NCBI GenBank assembly: GCA_967789005.1
Contig: CBRFFM010000015.1
Span: forward strand, 2,623-66,622
DNA length: 64,000 nucleotides
Direction: 5' to 3'
From: an uncultured bacterium
Lineage (GTDB): Bacteria; Bacteroidota; Bacteroidia; Cytophagales; Cyclobacteriaceae
The position numbers were made by a program, and so were the translations under genes. The notes beneath the pieces are model-generated. The model was not told where the DNA came from. It ran no database searches and saw nothing but the letters and a program-made list of their open reading frames with translations. This document shows, piece after piece, positions 8,756 to 17,764 of the stretch. The first letter of the stretch is position 1. Every line of letters begins with the position of its first letter.

Positions 8756-11176
8756 ATGTGGGATAAAGTCGCTGCATTCATCATTCGCTTTCGTTTGCCT
8801 TTAATTATTCTTATCGGGCTTGTCACCGTGGTGATGGGTTATTACGCCTCGAAAGTGGAGATGAGTTATGATCTCGCTCGCACTGTGCCGGCCGATGATC
8901 CCGAAATGGTTTTCCTGCAGCAATTCAAAAAACAGTTTGGCGAAGACGCTAACATCATTGGTGTGGGAATTAGAGACAGTTCAATCTATTCACTGAAAAG
9001 CTTCAATCATTTTCGTGAGCTCAATACCATCATCAAAAATATTAAGGGCGTAAACAATTTGCTCAGCATGCCCGAAGTAAAGATCATTCATAAAGACACA
9101 GCAAATAAAAAATTCAAACTTGAGCCACTCTTTCCGAAAGAATTACAAAGCCAGTCTCAACTCGATAGCTTGCTGGGCGTTCTTCGTGATCAAAAATTTT
9201 ATATGGGCCAATTGGTGAATCAAAACAATGGCGCCACCATGATGCTGATTTCTGTTCAAAAGGAAATCATGAACTCCCCAAAAAGGGTTGAACTCACCAA
9301 TCAGTTAGTGGAGGCCGGCAACGCGTTTACCAAATTCACCAACATCAAGATGCATTATGCGGGCTTGCCTTTTATTCGAACTATCATGGCTACGAAAGTG
9401 CGACAAGAGATGCAGTTCTTTCTCTATCTCTCGGCATTGGTCACCGGCTTGATTATGTTTTTCTTTTTCCGCTCGGTGCGCGCGGTGTTATTCTCAATGG
9501 TTATCATTGGCGTAGTGGTAGTTTGGGTAATGGGCACGCTCACCTTGTTTGGTTATAAGATCACTTTGCTTAGCGGATTGATTCCACCAGTAATCGTGAC
9601 GATCGGCATTACCAATTGCATTTACCTACTCAACAAATATCATTTGGAGTTTTTCAAGCTTAAGAGCAAGCCCGATGCAATTGCCGTAGTGGTGAAGAAG
9701 ATGGGACTTGCCATGTTTCTCACTAACCTAACTGTAGCCATCGGTTTCCTCACTCTTCTCTCAACAGATATTTTGTTGCTTCGCGAATTCGGAATTGTTG
9801 CAGGCATTAACATCATGGCGCTGTTTGTGGTGAGCCTGGTCATGATCCCAGCAATTTTCTCTTGGTTGCCCGAGCCCAAGCCAAAACACTTGCGTCACCT
9901 TGATTTTAAAATTCTTGGGTGGTTTTTAAATCTCAATGATATTACGGTGCACCGCTACCGCCCTGCCATTTATATCGCATCAGCTTTACTTGCTGTCTTC
10001 GCAGTGCTTGGAATGATGCGCTTGAAGTCGGTAACATTTATGGTGGATGACGTGCCCGAAAACACCGACATCAGTAAAGACCTTAAATTTTTCGAGTCGA
10101 ATTTCAGTGGCATCATGCCATTGGAGATAGAGGTGAACATGAACAAGCGCAGAGGTGTGCTCAATGTTACTAATCTTAAAAAAGTAGATGAGTTTGAAAC
10201 TTTTATCGATTCGTTGCCGCAAGTATCCAGACCTATTTCGATTATCAGTTTGGTGAAAGCATCCAAGCAGGCGTTTTATGGAAACAATCCCGATAAGTAT
10301 GAGTTACCTACGAAACCTGAGAGTGCTTTCATTTTGCGTTACATGAAAGGTCAGGGCGAAGGTGAAACGACAGGACTACTCAAGTCTTTTGTTGACTCTA
10401 CTTACACCCGCATGCGCATCTCCATGCAGATTGCAGATATCGGATCCATTAAAATGGATTCATTGGTGCATTACGTGATTGAACCACGAATGAATAAAAT
10501 ATTTGAAGGAACAAACATCACCACCAATGTTACGGGTACTACGAAGCTGTTCATCAAAGGGAATAAGTTTTTGATTGCCAATTTGCAGGAGAGCTTGTTG
10601 CTCGCATTTATTCTCATCACGCTTTCCATGGCCTTGTTGTTTGCGAATGTGCGTATGATCATCATTTCTTTAGTGCCGAATTTGTTGGCGCTGATGATCA
10701 CGGCAGGATTGATGGGCTACTTCGGTATTCCACTTAAAGCAAGTACCGCATTGATATTCAGTATCACTTTTGGAATCTCCGTTGACAACTCCATTCGCTT
10801 TTTGGCAAAGTATCGGCAAGAACAATTGACCAATAATTTTTTTGTGCCTCTTTCAGTGAGTGAGAGTATTTTGGAAACAGGCAAAAGCATCATTTATACA
10901 TCAGTGGTGTTGTTTGCAGGGTTCATCATTTTTGCGTTCTCCTCTTTTGGAGGAACGATTGCGTTGGGAGTGCTCACTTCAACGACACTGATCATTTCGA
11001 TGTTTACCAACCTGCTCTTGCTTCCCGCGCTGATCATGACTTTTGACAAACCAAAGAAGGACAAAGAAAAATTGCTCATCGATGAGTTTGATTCTGACTT
11101 CTACAATGAACAAGAAGACGTGGATATTGATTTGAGTAAAATTAAAATTCACGATAGGTCTGGATCAGCGGAATAA
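8756..11176 (+). CDS. MMPL/RND-superfamily exporter
   Basis: 806 aa with two blocks of about 6 TM helices each and large periplasmic loops, the typical MMPL/SSD architecture. Confidence 0.85.
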   Translation: MWDKVAAFIIRFRLPLIILIGLVTVVMGYYASKVEMSYDLARTVPADDPEMVFLQQFKKQFGEDANIIGVGIRDSSIYSLKSFNHFRELNTIIKNIKGVNNLLSMPEVKIIHKDTANKKFKLEPLFPKELQSQSQLDSLLGVLRDQKFYMGQLVNQNNGATMMLISVQKEIMNSPKRVELTNQLVEAGNAFTKFTNIKMHYAGLPFIRTIMATKVRQEMQFFLYLSALVTGLIMFFFFRSVRAVLFSMVIIGVVVVWVMGTLTLFGYKITLLSGLIPPVIVTIGITNCIYLLNKYHLEFFKLKSKPDAIAVVVKKMGLAMFLTNLTVAIGFLTLLSTDILLLREFGIVAGINIMALFVVSLVMIPAIFSWLPEPKPKHLRHLDFKILGWFLNLNDITVHRYRPAIYIASALLAVFAVLGMMRLKSVTFMVDDVPENTDISKDLKFFESNFSGIMPLEIEVNMNKRRGVLNVTNLKKVDEFETFIDSLPQVSRPISIISLVKASKQAFYGNNPDKYELPTKPESAFILRYMKGQGEGETTGLLKSFVDSTYTRMRISMQIADIGSIKMDSLVHYVIEPRMNKIFEGTNITTNVTGTTKLFIKGNKFLIANLQESLLLAFILITLSMALLFANVRMIIISLVPNLLALMITAGLMGYFGIPLKASTALIFSITFGISVDNSIRFLAKYRQEQLTNNFFVPLSVSESILETGKSIIYTSVVLFAGFIIFAFSSFGGTIALGVLTSTTLIISMFTNLLLLPALIMTFDKPKKDKEKLLIDEFDSDFYNEQEDVDIDLSKIKIHDRSGSAE

Positions 11177-11179
11177 CTT

Positions 11180-11890
11180 ATGAAGGTCTCTTCGTTTGCT
11201 AAAGAGCTCTTCGGTTACTTAAGGAATCCTCTCTTCATTGAGACAACTCATGGCGACTTAAAAAATAAATCAACAGATATTCTCTCAGCGTATTTGGTGT
11301 GCCTGCCTGCATTGGTATCCTTGTTGATTGTCATTAATCTTTTTGATCGGTTCATTGTTCAACAACTTTTTGATTATTCTATTAATGCGCATAAACTCAA
11401 CCCTAAAACAGCAATAGGTAGAAATGCGTGGCTCTTTATTCTATTGATAGGCCCTCTGTTTGAAGAGATCATATTTCGCCTTCCATTAAAATTGCGAAGA
11501 ACCGGTTTAGGATTAAGCTCAGGCGTTTTGATCTATCGACTAATTGCACCTCACTTTTTTGTTTTGGATTTTAATGGGCGCTATTATCTGGCAATAGGTG
11601 CTGCAATGATTGTATTTCTCTTCTTCATGTTCGTATTTCCAAATCACGTTATCGAACAAATCAAAGGAAGGTATTTTAAGTATTTCTTTTATTTCAGTGC
11701 CATTATATTTGGGCTTGCTCATATTCTAAATTATGATTTGAACATTCACCTTTTTCTGGTTTACCCACTTTACATCCTTCCTCAATTTGCCATGGGTCTA
11801 TGCATCGCATACGTCAGAATGAAGCATGGTTTTCTTTCCGGGTGGGGTCTTCATGCGCTATTCAATTTACCTGGTGCTTTGTTCTTATAA
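11180..11890 (+). CDS. CPBP-family intramembrane glutamic endopeptidase (CAAX protease-like)
   Basis: Motifs EEIIFR, FGLAH and HALFN occur in a polytopic membrane protein. The start is 4 nt after the MMPL stop. Confidence 0.8.
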   Translation: MKVSSFAKELFGYLRNPLFIETTHGDLKNKSTDILSAYLVCLPALVSLLIVINLFDRFIVQQLFDYSINAHKLNPKTAIGRNAWLFILLIGPLFEEIIFRLPLKLRRTGLGLSSGVLIYRLIAPHFFVLDFNGRYYLAIGAAMIVFLFFMFVFPNHVIEQIKGRYFKYFFYFSAIIFGLAHILNYDLNIHLFLVYPLYILPQFAMGLCIAYVRMKHGFLSGWGLHALFNLPGALFL

Positions 11891-11924
11891 ATTGAAACTG
11901 GATTGCAAGGAGCTGCAAAAATAA

Positions 11925-11947
11925 GAGCGGCAATATTGTTGCCGCTC
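11925..11947 (-). terminator. Hairpin terminator downstream of the sigma-factor operon
   Basis: The stem gagcggcaa/ttgccgctc is 9 bp perfect with a 5-nt loop. On the minus strand it is followed by ttattttt. Confidence 0.6.
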
Positions 11948-11972
11948 GGGGGTTAGATGTGCAATTCAGGCA

Positions 11973-12149
11973 TTACGTTTTCTTACTCAAATGATCTGCG
12001 TTCCACACGATTGAGCAACCGGCAATTAAGGCGATAGGTAACAATGCGATAAATAAGGGGAATACCACGATGCTCAACAAGATTAGCGTAATGACTGCTA
12101 TTGCGACATACTCAACCTCATGAGTCCAATATTTTGCTCCTGGTTTCAT
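11973..12149 (-). CDS. Possible small membrane protein (58 aa)
   Basis: MKPGAKYWTHEVEYVAIAVITLILLSIVVFPLFIALLPIALIAGCSIVW contains two hydrophobic helices. It is the last gene before the terminator. There is no homology support. Confidence 0.35.
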   Translation of the reverse strand: MKPGAKYWTHEVEYVAIAVITLILLSIVVFPLFIALLPIALIAGCSIVWNADHLSKKT

Positions 12150-12279
12150 AAGTGTGATTTTTAATGTTTTAGTCCGCCTGAATGCACAAGAAAGTTGCAT
12201 CGAATTATTCTTCTAACCGATGACAATGGTCAACCGAAATTGAAATTGTTATCATAAGTCGCTCTATGGGGCCACAGAC

Positions 12280-13542
12280 TTAGTTTAATTTTGAAAGCTT
12301 TTTAGTCAAAAGTTTTTGCTCCAATGGCGATTGGGCAATTTCAATAGCCATTTTTAAAAAATACTTGGCCTTATCAAATTGACCTAACTGCCTGTACATT
12401 TCACCAAGCGTGGACGGGAACAAATAATGTGTTTCTACCAGCTTCTCAAAATCAGGAATTTGATGAATAGCTTCAATAGCATTTTCAATGGAATCCACTT
12501 TGCTTAAAACGATAGCTCGATTAAGCATAACCACGGGAGAAGGATTTAATATCAAGAGCGTATCATACAAAGAAAGAATGCGTGTCCAGTTGGTCTCAGA
12601 GAAATTTGGCGCTATCGAATGCTCAGCAACAATAGCGGCCTCGATGTGATATTCGCCCAGTTCGTTCCCGCCCATCGATTTCTCAAAATAATTCATGCCA
12701 ATGGCAATCAGGTCGTGATTCCATTTATTCCTGTCTTGGTCTTCGAGCAAAACAATCTCGCCTTCTTCGTCAATGCGCGCATCAAATCGTGAGGCGAGCA
12801 AACAAAGCAGTGCAATCAATGCATAACATTTGTGCTGATTGGTGAATCGATTTTTCTCTAACAAAAGCGAAAGACGAATCGCTTCTTCACAAAGATCTTT
12901 ACGGATGAGGTTTTCTTTGCTTGAAGAATGATAGCCTTCATTAAAAATCAAATAGATGGTGTGCAGCACCATGTCGAGCCGATTTTTTAATTCTTCACCC
13001 GTAGGGATATTCAGCTTAATGTCATGCTCAGCAATGAGATACCTGGCGCGCTGTAAACGTTTCTTTACTACTTCGTGATTAAGGAGCAAGGCCGAAGCAA
13101 TTTCTTGCAAACTAAATCCCGAACTTGTTTTCAATGTGAGTGCAATTTGGTCAGCCTCTGAAAGCGAAGGATGGCAGCAAGCAAATATCAATCGCAACTG
13201 ACTGTCTTCTATTTCGTGACCCATGAATAAATTTTCGATGACAGCCGAGGCGGTATATTCTGATTTAAGTAATTGAGCATTCTCTTCGGCAAATTCTTTT
13301 TGATAGCGTTGCCTTCGTACAATGTCGATGGCTTTGTTTTTTGCTGTTTGCATCAGCCAGGCAGAAGGGTTTGCGGGAATTTGATAAGTCCAATCTTTGA
13401 GGGCCTTGCCAAATGCCTCTTGCACCACGTCTTCTACCAACTCAAAATTATGGAAACCAAAAATCCGTGTTAACACAGCGACCATCCTTCCGGCTTCGTG
13501 CCGAAAGAGATGGTCGGTGAGTTGTTGCACATTTTCAGGCAT
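12280..13542 (-). CDS. ECF-like sigma-70 family RNA polymerase sigma factor with a long C-terminal helical extension
   Basis: The N-terminal 170 aa carry sigma regions 2 and 4 (DVVQEAF, WLMQTAKNKAIDIVRR, FSLQEIASALL). They are followed by about 240 aa of TPR-like repeats. It lies downstream of a YciI-like gene, a recurrent pairing. Confidence 0.85.
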   Translation of the reverse strand: MPENVQQLTDHLFRHEAGRMVAVLTRIFGFHNFELVEDVVQEAFGKALKDWTYQIPANPSAWLMQTAKNKAIDIVRRQRYQKEFAEENAQLLKSEYTASAVIENLFMGHEIEDSQLRLIFACCHPSLSEADQIALTLKTSSGFSLQEIASALLLNHEVVKKRLQRARYLIAEHDIKLNIPTGEELKNRLDMVLHTIYLIFNEGYHSSSKENLIRKDLCEEAIRLSLLLEKNRFTNQHKCYALIALLCLLASRFDARIDEEGEIVLLEDQDRNKWNHDLIAIGMNYFEKSMGGNELGEYHIEAAIVAEHSIAPNFSETNWTRILSLYDTLLILNPSPVVMLNRAIVLSKVDSIENAIEAIHQIPDFEKLVETHYLFPSTLGEMYRQLGQFDKAKYFLKMAIEIAQSPLEQKLLTKKLSKLN

Positions 13543-13576
13543 AGATCAAATTTAATGCAATGCCCGAATTTGTTGA

Positions 13577-13927
13577 TTACATTTTCAATTCCTGAATTTC
13601 GCGTACTTCTACGATGCCATCCGTAAATTCAAGGATTGGGCAACCTTTTGAAATTTCAACAGCTTCATTGTAATCAGCAGCCTTACACATTAAATAGCCG
13701 CCTACCATTTCTTTGCCTTCCATATATGGGCCATCGGTCACTACTTTTTTGTTACCAGTAACAATCTTTCCGGTTTCATTTAATGGTTGAGCACCGATGA
13801 GTTGACCTTTGGTTTGCAAGTCGCCCATCCACTGCATCCACTTCTGCATGTGTGCTTGCCATTTTTCTGGCGACTGCTGTAATGTTACGTGATCACCGCC
13901 TCTGAATAAGAATAAGAAATCTTTCAT
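13577..13927 (-). CDS. YciI-family (DGPF domain) protein
   Basis: 116 aa. The segment VVTDGPYMEGKEMVGGYLMCKAADYNEAVEISKGCP shows the YCII/DGPF pattern. Confidence 0.8.
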   Translation of the reverse strand: MKDFLFLFRGGDHVTLQQSPEKWQAHMQKWMQWMGDLQTKGQLIGAQPLNETGKIVTGNKKVVTDGPYMEGKEMVGGYLMCKAADYNEAVEISKGCPILEFTDGIVEVREIQELKM

Positions 13928-13962
13928 GGTATCTATTATTTAATAGTTTTTAAAAATTTGAA

Positions 13963-14583
13963 TTACTTTTTTGGAAACGCTGCATTACTCTTCACCTCCT
14001 CAATTTGAAGTGTATGTCTTTTGGTATGACCGGCCATAAAGAGAAACAATTGGTATGAATCAACAGTGCCAAGAGCCTCAACAGGGAATGTGAAGAAATG
14101 ATTTCTCAAATCATCAGCGGTCGTGTTCACGTATTGAGTGTTTGATTCGCGCTTCGCTAAAAATTCTTTCACGGTAGCATCAAATGATCCGAACTTATTG
14201 GAAGGCTGAAATGCTTCCTGCGTTTTTACTTTGTAGCTGCGGTCAACAATCGCATTGAAAAGACCTTCGTCTGTTTGTTTTACTTCACTTCTCTTAGCAG
14301 GCGTTGCTTCTCCTTTCAATGTGCCTTGAATCATGGCAAACAAATTGGTTTCTGCTATCGCGATGTGCTCAACGCATTCGGCAACAGACCAAGATTCAGG
14401 TGAGCTTTTGAAATTCAATTGTTCCGTTGAAAGTCCTTTGATGCTTTTCAATAAATCTTCTTTGGTGCTGTTCAGGCGGTCGATGGCAAATTTTCTTTCC
14501 GCTTTGGTGATTTCAGGGCCGACTACCTTGAAGTTCATCAATAGTAGTGCCGGCACGAACAGGATTAGTTTCATCGTTTTCAT
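13963..14583 (-). CDS. DinB-family protein
   Basis: It has a signal or hydrophobic N-terminus (MKTMKLILFVPALLL) and four-helix DinB-like His motifs (ECVEHIAIAE, GHTKRHTLQIEE). The start is set at the internal ATG 14583. Confidence 0.75.
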   Translation of the reverse strand: MKTMKLILFVPALLLMNFKVVGPEITKAERKFAIDRLNSTKEDLLKSIKGLSTEQLNFKSSPESWSVAECVEHIAIAETNLFAMIQGTLKGEATPAKRSEVKQTDEGLFNAIVDRSYKVKTQEAFQPSNKFGSFDATVKEFLAKRESNTQYVNTTADDLRNHFFTFPVEALGTVDSYQLFLFMAGHTKRHTLQIEEVKSNAAFPKK

Positions 14584-14688
14584 AATGTTGGTTTTAGTTA
14601 AAATTTGGTCTAAGACGAATGGGATCTGCCGCAGGGGACAAATCATGAAAATTATTTTCAAATTATTTAAAGAAAGGCAAGTTATCGC

Positions 14689-14723
14689 AATCCCTAAGTC
14701 CCAATGCCCAATCCCTAAGTCCA
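14689..14723. repeat. Five tandem heptamers AAkyCCn, which give a 14-nt perfect direct repeat at 21-nt spacing
   Basis: Units: aatccct|aagtccc|aatgccc|aatccct|aagtcca. The 14-mer CAATCCCTAAGTCC occurs at 14688-14701 and 14709-14722. Confidence 0.85.
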
Positions 14724-14836
14724 GGCATTTTCACCTACGCCACCCCCTCATTCACCGACATTCTTCGGGCAACAACCTATCTTGCATAGCTCAGCGCGAT
14801 ATTCTTGCGTTGATTTGAGCATAAATTCAAAAGCAA

Positions 14837-15544
14837 ATGGAAACCAAAGACAAAAGTTCAGAAAGATTTATGGAACGCGGATCGGGCAAGGCACTAGCCG
14901 GGATTATTTTAGTGACAATTGGTGCCGCACTACTTGGCCGTGAAATGGGTCTTGATATCCCTCACTGGGTATTGACCTGGGAAATGTTGCTGATTGGCAT
15001 TGGCTTATTTGTTGGAGCGCGCAGAATGTTTCGCCCCGGTGGTTGGTTAGTGATGGTTTTGGTTGGCTCAGTATTTATGCTATCCGACTTTACTGACGTG
15101 GAGGTTGGTCACTACATCTGGCCTTCTGCAATTATTTTGTTTGGTCTTTGGATGATTCTAAGACCCAAGAGATCACGCAGAGAGTGGGGTTATACTGAAA
15201 GCGTTTCCGGAGATAATTACATCGATGCCAACTCTGTATTCGGTGGATCGAAAAAAAAAATAACGGCTAAAGATTTTAAAGGAGGCGCTATCAACTCGGT
15301 ATTTGGTGGTAATGACCTGGATTTTATGCAGGCCGACATCAACGGATCTGCAGTGATTGAAGTTAATATAGTGTTTGGTGGTGCAAAACTATTGGTTCCC
15401 AATCACTGGAAAGTGCAGTCGGATGTAGATTGTGTGTTTGGCGCTGTGGAAGATAAAAGACGTGATGCAACTGAAGTTTCCGACAAAACCTTAGTACTGA
15501 AGGGCGCTGTGGTATTTGGTGGCATCGAAATTAAAAGTTACTAG
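14837..15544 (+). CDS. LiaF-like / DUF2154 cell-envelope stress protein
   Basis: An N-terminal 4-TM region is followed by a C-terminal domain with repeated VFGG motifs (SVFGGS, SVFGGN, IVFGGA, CVFGAV, VVFGGI), as in LiaF-family proteins. Confidence 0.75.
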   Translation: METKDKSSERFMERGSGKALAGIILVTIGAALLGREMGLDIPHWVLTWEMLLIGIGLFVGARRMFRPGGWLVMVLVGSVFMLSDFTDVEVGHYIWPSAIILFGLWMILRPKRSRREWGYTESVSGDNYIDANSVFGGSKKKITAKDFKGGAINSVFGGNDLDFMQADINGSAVIEVNIVFGGAKLLVPNHWKVQSDVDCVFGAVEDKRRDATEVSDKTLVLKGAVVFGGIEIKSY

Positions 15545-15566
15545 ACAATTCTAAATCGATAAGGTT

Positions 15567-15908
15567 ATGGAATGGTATATCGCAAAAATAATTTTTCAGA
15601 TCAAAGGTGATGGTATGGAACGTCAGCAGTTTGACGAACACCTAAGATTGATTGAAGCAGAAAATTTTGAAGATGCTTTTTTCATCGCGCGCATGCTGGG
15701 CATCTCCTTTGAAGAATCAGTGGTCAATAAAGAACATGGCTTGGTGCAATGGGAATTTGTCAATGTAGCGGAGCTTCGGCCACTGAAACTGAAAAGCGGT
15801 ATTGAAATCCATTCACAGGTGCGCGAAATGGATGAAGCAAACCAATACATTAATTATATTCACAATCAGGCTGCCTGTATGCAGTTGGAAGCGCGGCCAG
15901 TATTCTAA
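15567..15908 (+). CDS. DUF4288-family protein
   Basis: 113 aa. MEWYIAKIIFQI...FDEHLRLIEAENFEDAFFIARMLG matches my memory of DUF4288. Confidence 0.6.
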   Translation: MEWYIAKIIFQIKGDGMERQQFDEHLRLIEAENFEDAFFIARMLGISFEESVVNKEHGLVQWEFVNVAELRPLKLKSGIEIHSQVREMDEANQYINYIHNQAACMQLEARPVF

Positions 15909-15918
15909 GCGTGCAACA

Positions 15919-16947
15919 GTGATCAAACAAAAATACCTTTTCATCCTTGCAGCAGCCGGCTGGTTAATTTTTTGGGCTGTCGTTCAGGTCTTGGTAATGG
16001 TCAAGTATGGTATTGCCCTTCGAGAGTCTGTGATCGATGCTACCACAACAGGAGCAACCTTGGCGCTTGCTGGTTTCGACCTCAATATGATGGTGAAATA
16101 TTACAAGCCATCCATTAAAAATCTTAGCTATGTTTTGTTAGCCAGTGTTGTGCTTTCTGTTTTGTGCTGTGTATTGCTGAATTGGGCTTTAACTCAATTC
16201 ACTACTGACACCGGGTATCTGGCCACCCTTAAATCGACCATGTTGATTCGATTTGTTTTTATTTGGTTGATGACAATGATTGCAGGAGCGCAGGGTTGGG
16301 TGTGGTGGTTTATTAAGGAACAAAATCTGATCAAACAACGCAATAAAGAAAATGAACAGTTGATGCGCGATGCAGAGCTCGCCAATTTGCGTCAGCAACT
16401 CCAACCCCACTTTTTATTTAATAGCTTGAACTCGATCAGTGCCTTGACGATTGCTCAACCTGAACAAGCCAGGAAAATGATTGAACAACTTTCTGATTTT
16501 TTGAGGGGCACGGTAAAAAAAGACGGTCATCAGCTAATTCCGTTGCGCGATGAACTTCACCACTTACAACTATATCTGGATATAGAAAAAGTGCGCTTTG
16601 GTCACAGACTCGTTACAAAAGTTTTGGCAGATGAATCTCTACTTGACTTAAAGTTGCCATCGTTGTTATTGCAACCCGTTTTAGAAAATGCAATCAAGTT
16701 TGGACTGTATGATACCATTGGTGAAGTAACCATTAGTCTCGAGGCGAAAGCAATTCAGAATAATTTATTGATTGAAATAAAGAATCCTTTCGACCCGGAG
16801 ACAGCTCATCCAAAATCGGGAACAGGATTTGGATTGAGTTCTGTGCAACGAAGGCTGTCGTTGATGTTTCACAGAAATGATTTATTCTCGATTGAGAAGA
16901 AAGAAAACGTTTTTACAGCGACTCTAAAAATTCCACAAATTAGTTGA
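15919..16947 (+). CDS. LytS/YehU-type sensor histidine kinase
   Basis: A membrane N-terminal domain is followed by the His_kinase motif LRQQLQPHFLFNSLNSI and an HATPase C-terminus (ENAIKFG, GTGFGL). I chose the GTG at 15919 so the gene does not overlap DUF4288. The start is uncertain. Confidence 0.8.
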   Translation: MIKQKYLFILAAAGWLIFWAVVQVLVMVKYGIALRESVIDATTTGATLALAGFDLNMMVKYYKPSIKNLSYVLLASVVLSVLCCVLLNWALTQFTTDTGYLATLKSTMLIRFVFIWLMTMIAGAQGWVWWFIKEQNLIKQRNKENEQLMRDAELANLRQQLQPHFLFNSLNSISALTIAQPEQARKMIEQLSDFLRGTVKKDGHQLIPLRDELHHLQLYLDIEKVRFGHRLVTKVLADESLLDLKLPSLLLQPVLENAIKFGLYDTIGEVTISLEAKAIQNNLLIEIKNPFDPETAHPKSGTGFGLSSVQRRLSLMFHRNDLFSIEKKENVFTATLKIPQIS

Positions 16948-16968
16948 CGAAATAGTTATTCGTATATC

Positions 16969-17712
16969 ATGGGAATCACACAAATCATAAAAATCATAGT
17001 TATTGACGATGAGCCTTTAGCCCGGGGAATTGTAAAAGAATATTTGAAGAGCTATTCGCAAGTTGAAGTTGCGGCTGAGTGTAGCGATGGTTTTGAAGGA
17101 GTGAAAGCAATTGCACAACATCAACCCGATTTGATTTTCCTTGACATTCAAATGCCAAAAATCAATGGGTTTGAAATGCTGGAGCTGGTCGACAACCCTC
17201 CGCCCGTAATTTTTACAACCGCCTTTGACGAATATGCAATCAAAGCATTTGAAACGCATGCGATCGATTACTTACTTAAGCCCTTTGGAAAAGAACGCTT
17301 TGATAAGGCAATGAACAAATGGTTGTCGCAAAAGCCTTCAAACATGCCCACTGCTCTGTCTGAAGAAGTAAGCCCGCCAGAAAGTCAGAGCCGAGTGGTG
17401 GTAAAGAAGGGACAGAACATCGTAGTATTGCCAATTCAACGCATTCACTATTTCGAAGCATTTGATGACTACGTCAAAATCTATACTACTGAAGGCTTTT
17501 ACTTGAAAAAGAAAACAATGGCTTTCTTCGAGAAGACATTGGATGCTTCGCAGTTTGTTCGTGTGCATCGTTCTTATCTCATGAATTTGCAAGAACTCAC
17601 TCGCATCGAACCAATGGAAAAAGATAATCACGTGGCATTATTGAAGAGTGGCATGCGAATTCCACTAAGCCAAACCGGCTACACTAAATTGAAAGGTGTA
17701 TTAGGAATCTAA
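16969..17712 (+). CDS. LytTR-family response regulator
   Basis: It has a receiver domain (VIDDEPLAR, LIFLDIQMP, KPF) and a C-terminal LytTR DNA-binding domain (FVRVHRSYLMNL). Confidence 0.9.
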   Translation: MGITQIIKIIVIDDEPLARGIVKEYLKSYSQVEVAAECSDGFEGVKAIAQHQPDLIFLDIQMPKINGFEMLELVDNPPPVIFTTAFDEYAIKAFETHAIDYLLKPFGKERFDKAMNKWLSQKPSNMPTALSEEVSPPESQSRVVVKKGQNIVVLPIQRIHYFEAFDDYVKIYTTEGFYLKKKTMAFFEKTLDASQFVRVHRSYLMNLQELTRIEPMEKDNHVALLKSGMRIPLSQTGYTKLKGVLGI

Positions 17713-17764
17713 GATTTGCCAATGAGACACGAAATTTTCTGTGTTTCCGTGGCAAAGAATTTTT

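Noticed and set aside
14333-14818. 161-aa plus-strand ORF
   Set aside because: It is antisense to the DinB-family gene and then runs through the heptamer repeat region. It has no motif, and the DinB frame is much better supported.
15802-15918. N-terminal extension of the LytS-type kinase ORF (ATG 15802)
   Set aside because: It would overlap the last 107 nt of the DUF4288 gene, and the extra residues (MKSIHRCAKWMKQTNTLIIFTIRLPVCSWKRGQYSKRAT) look non-native. A GTG at 15919 just before the first TM helix is more plausible.
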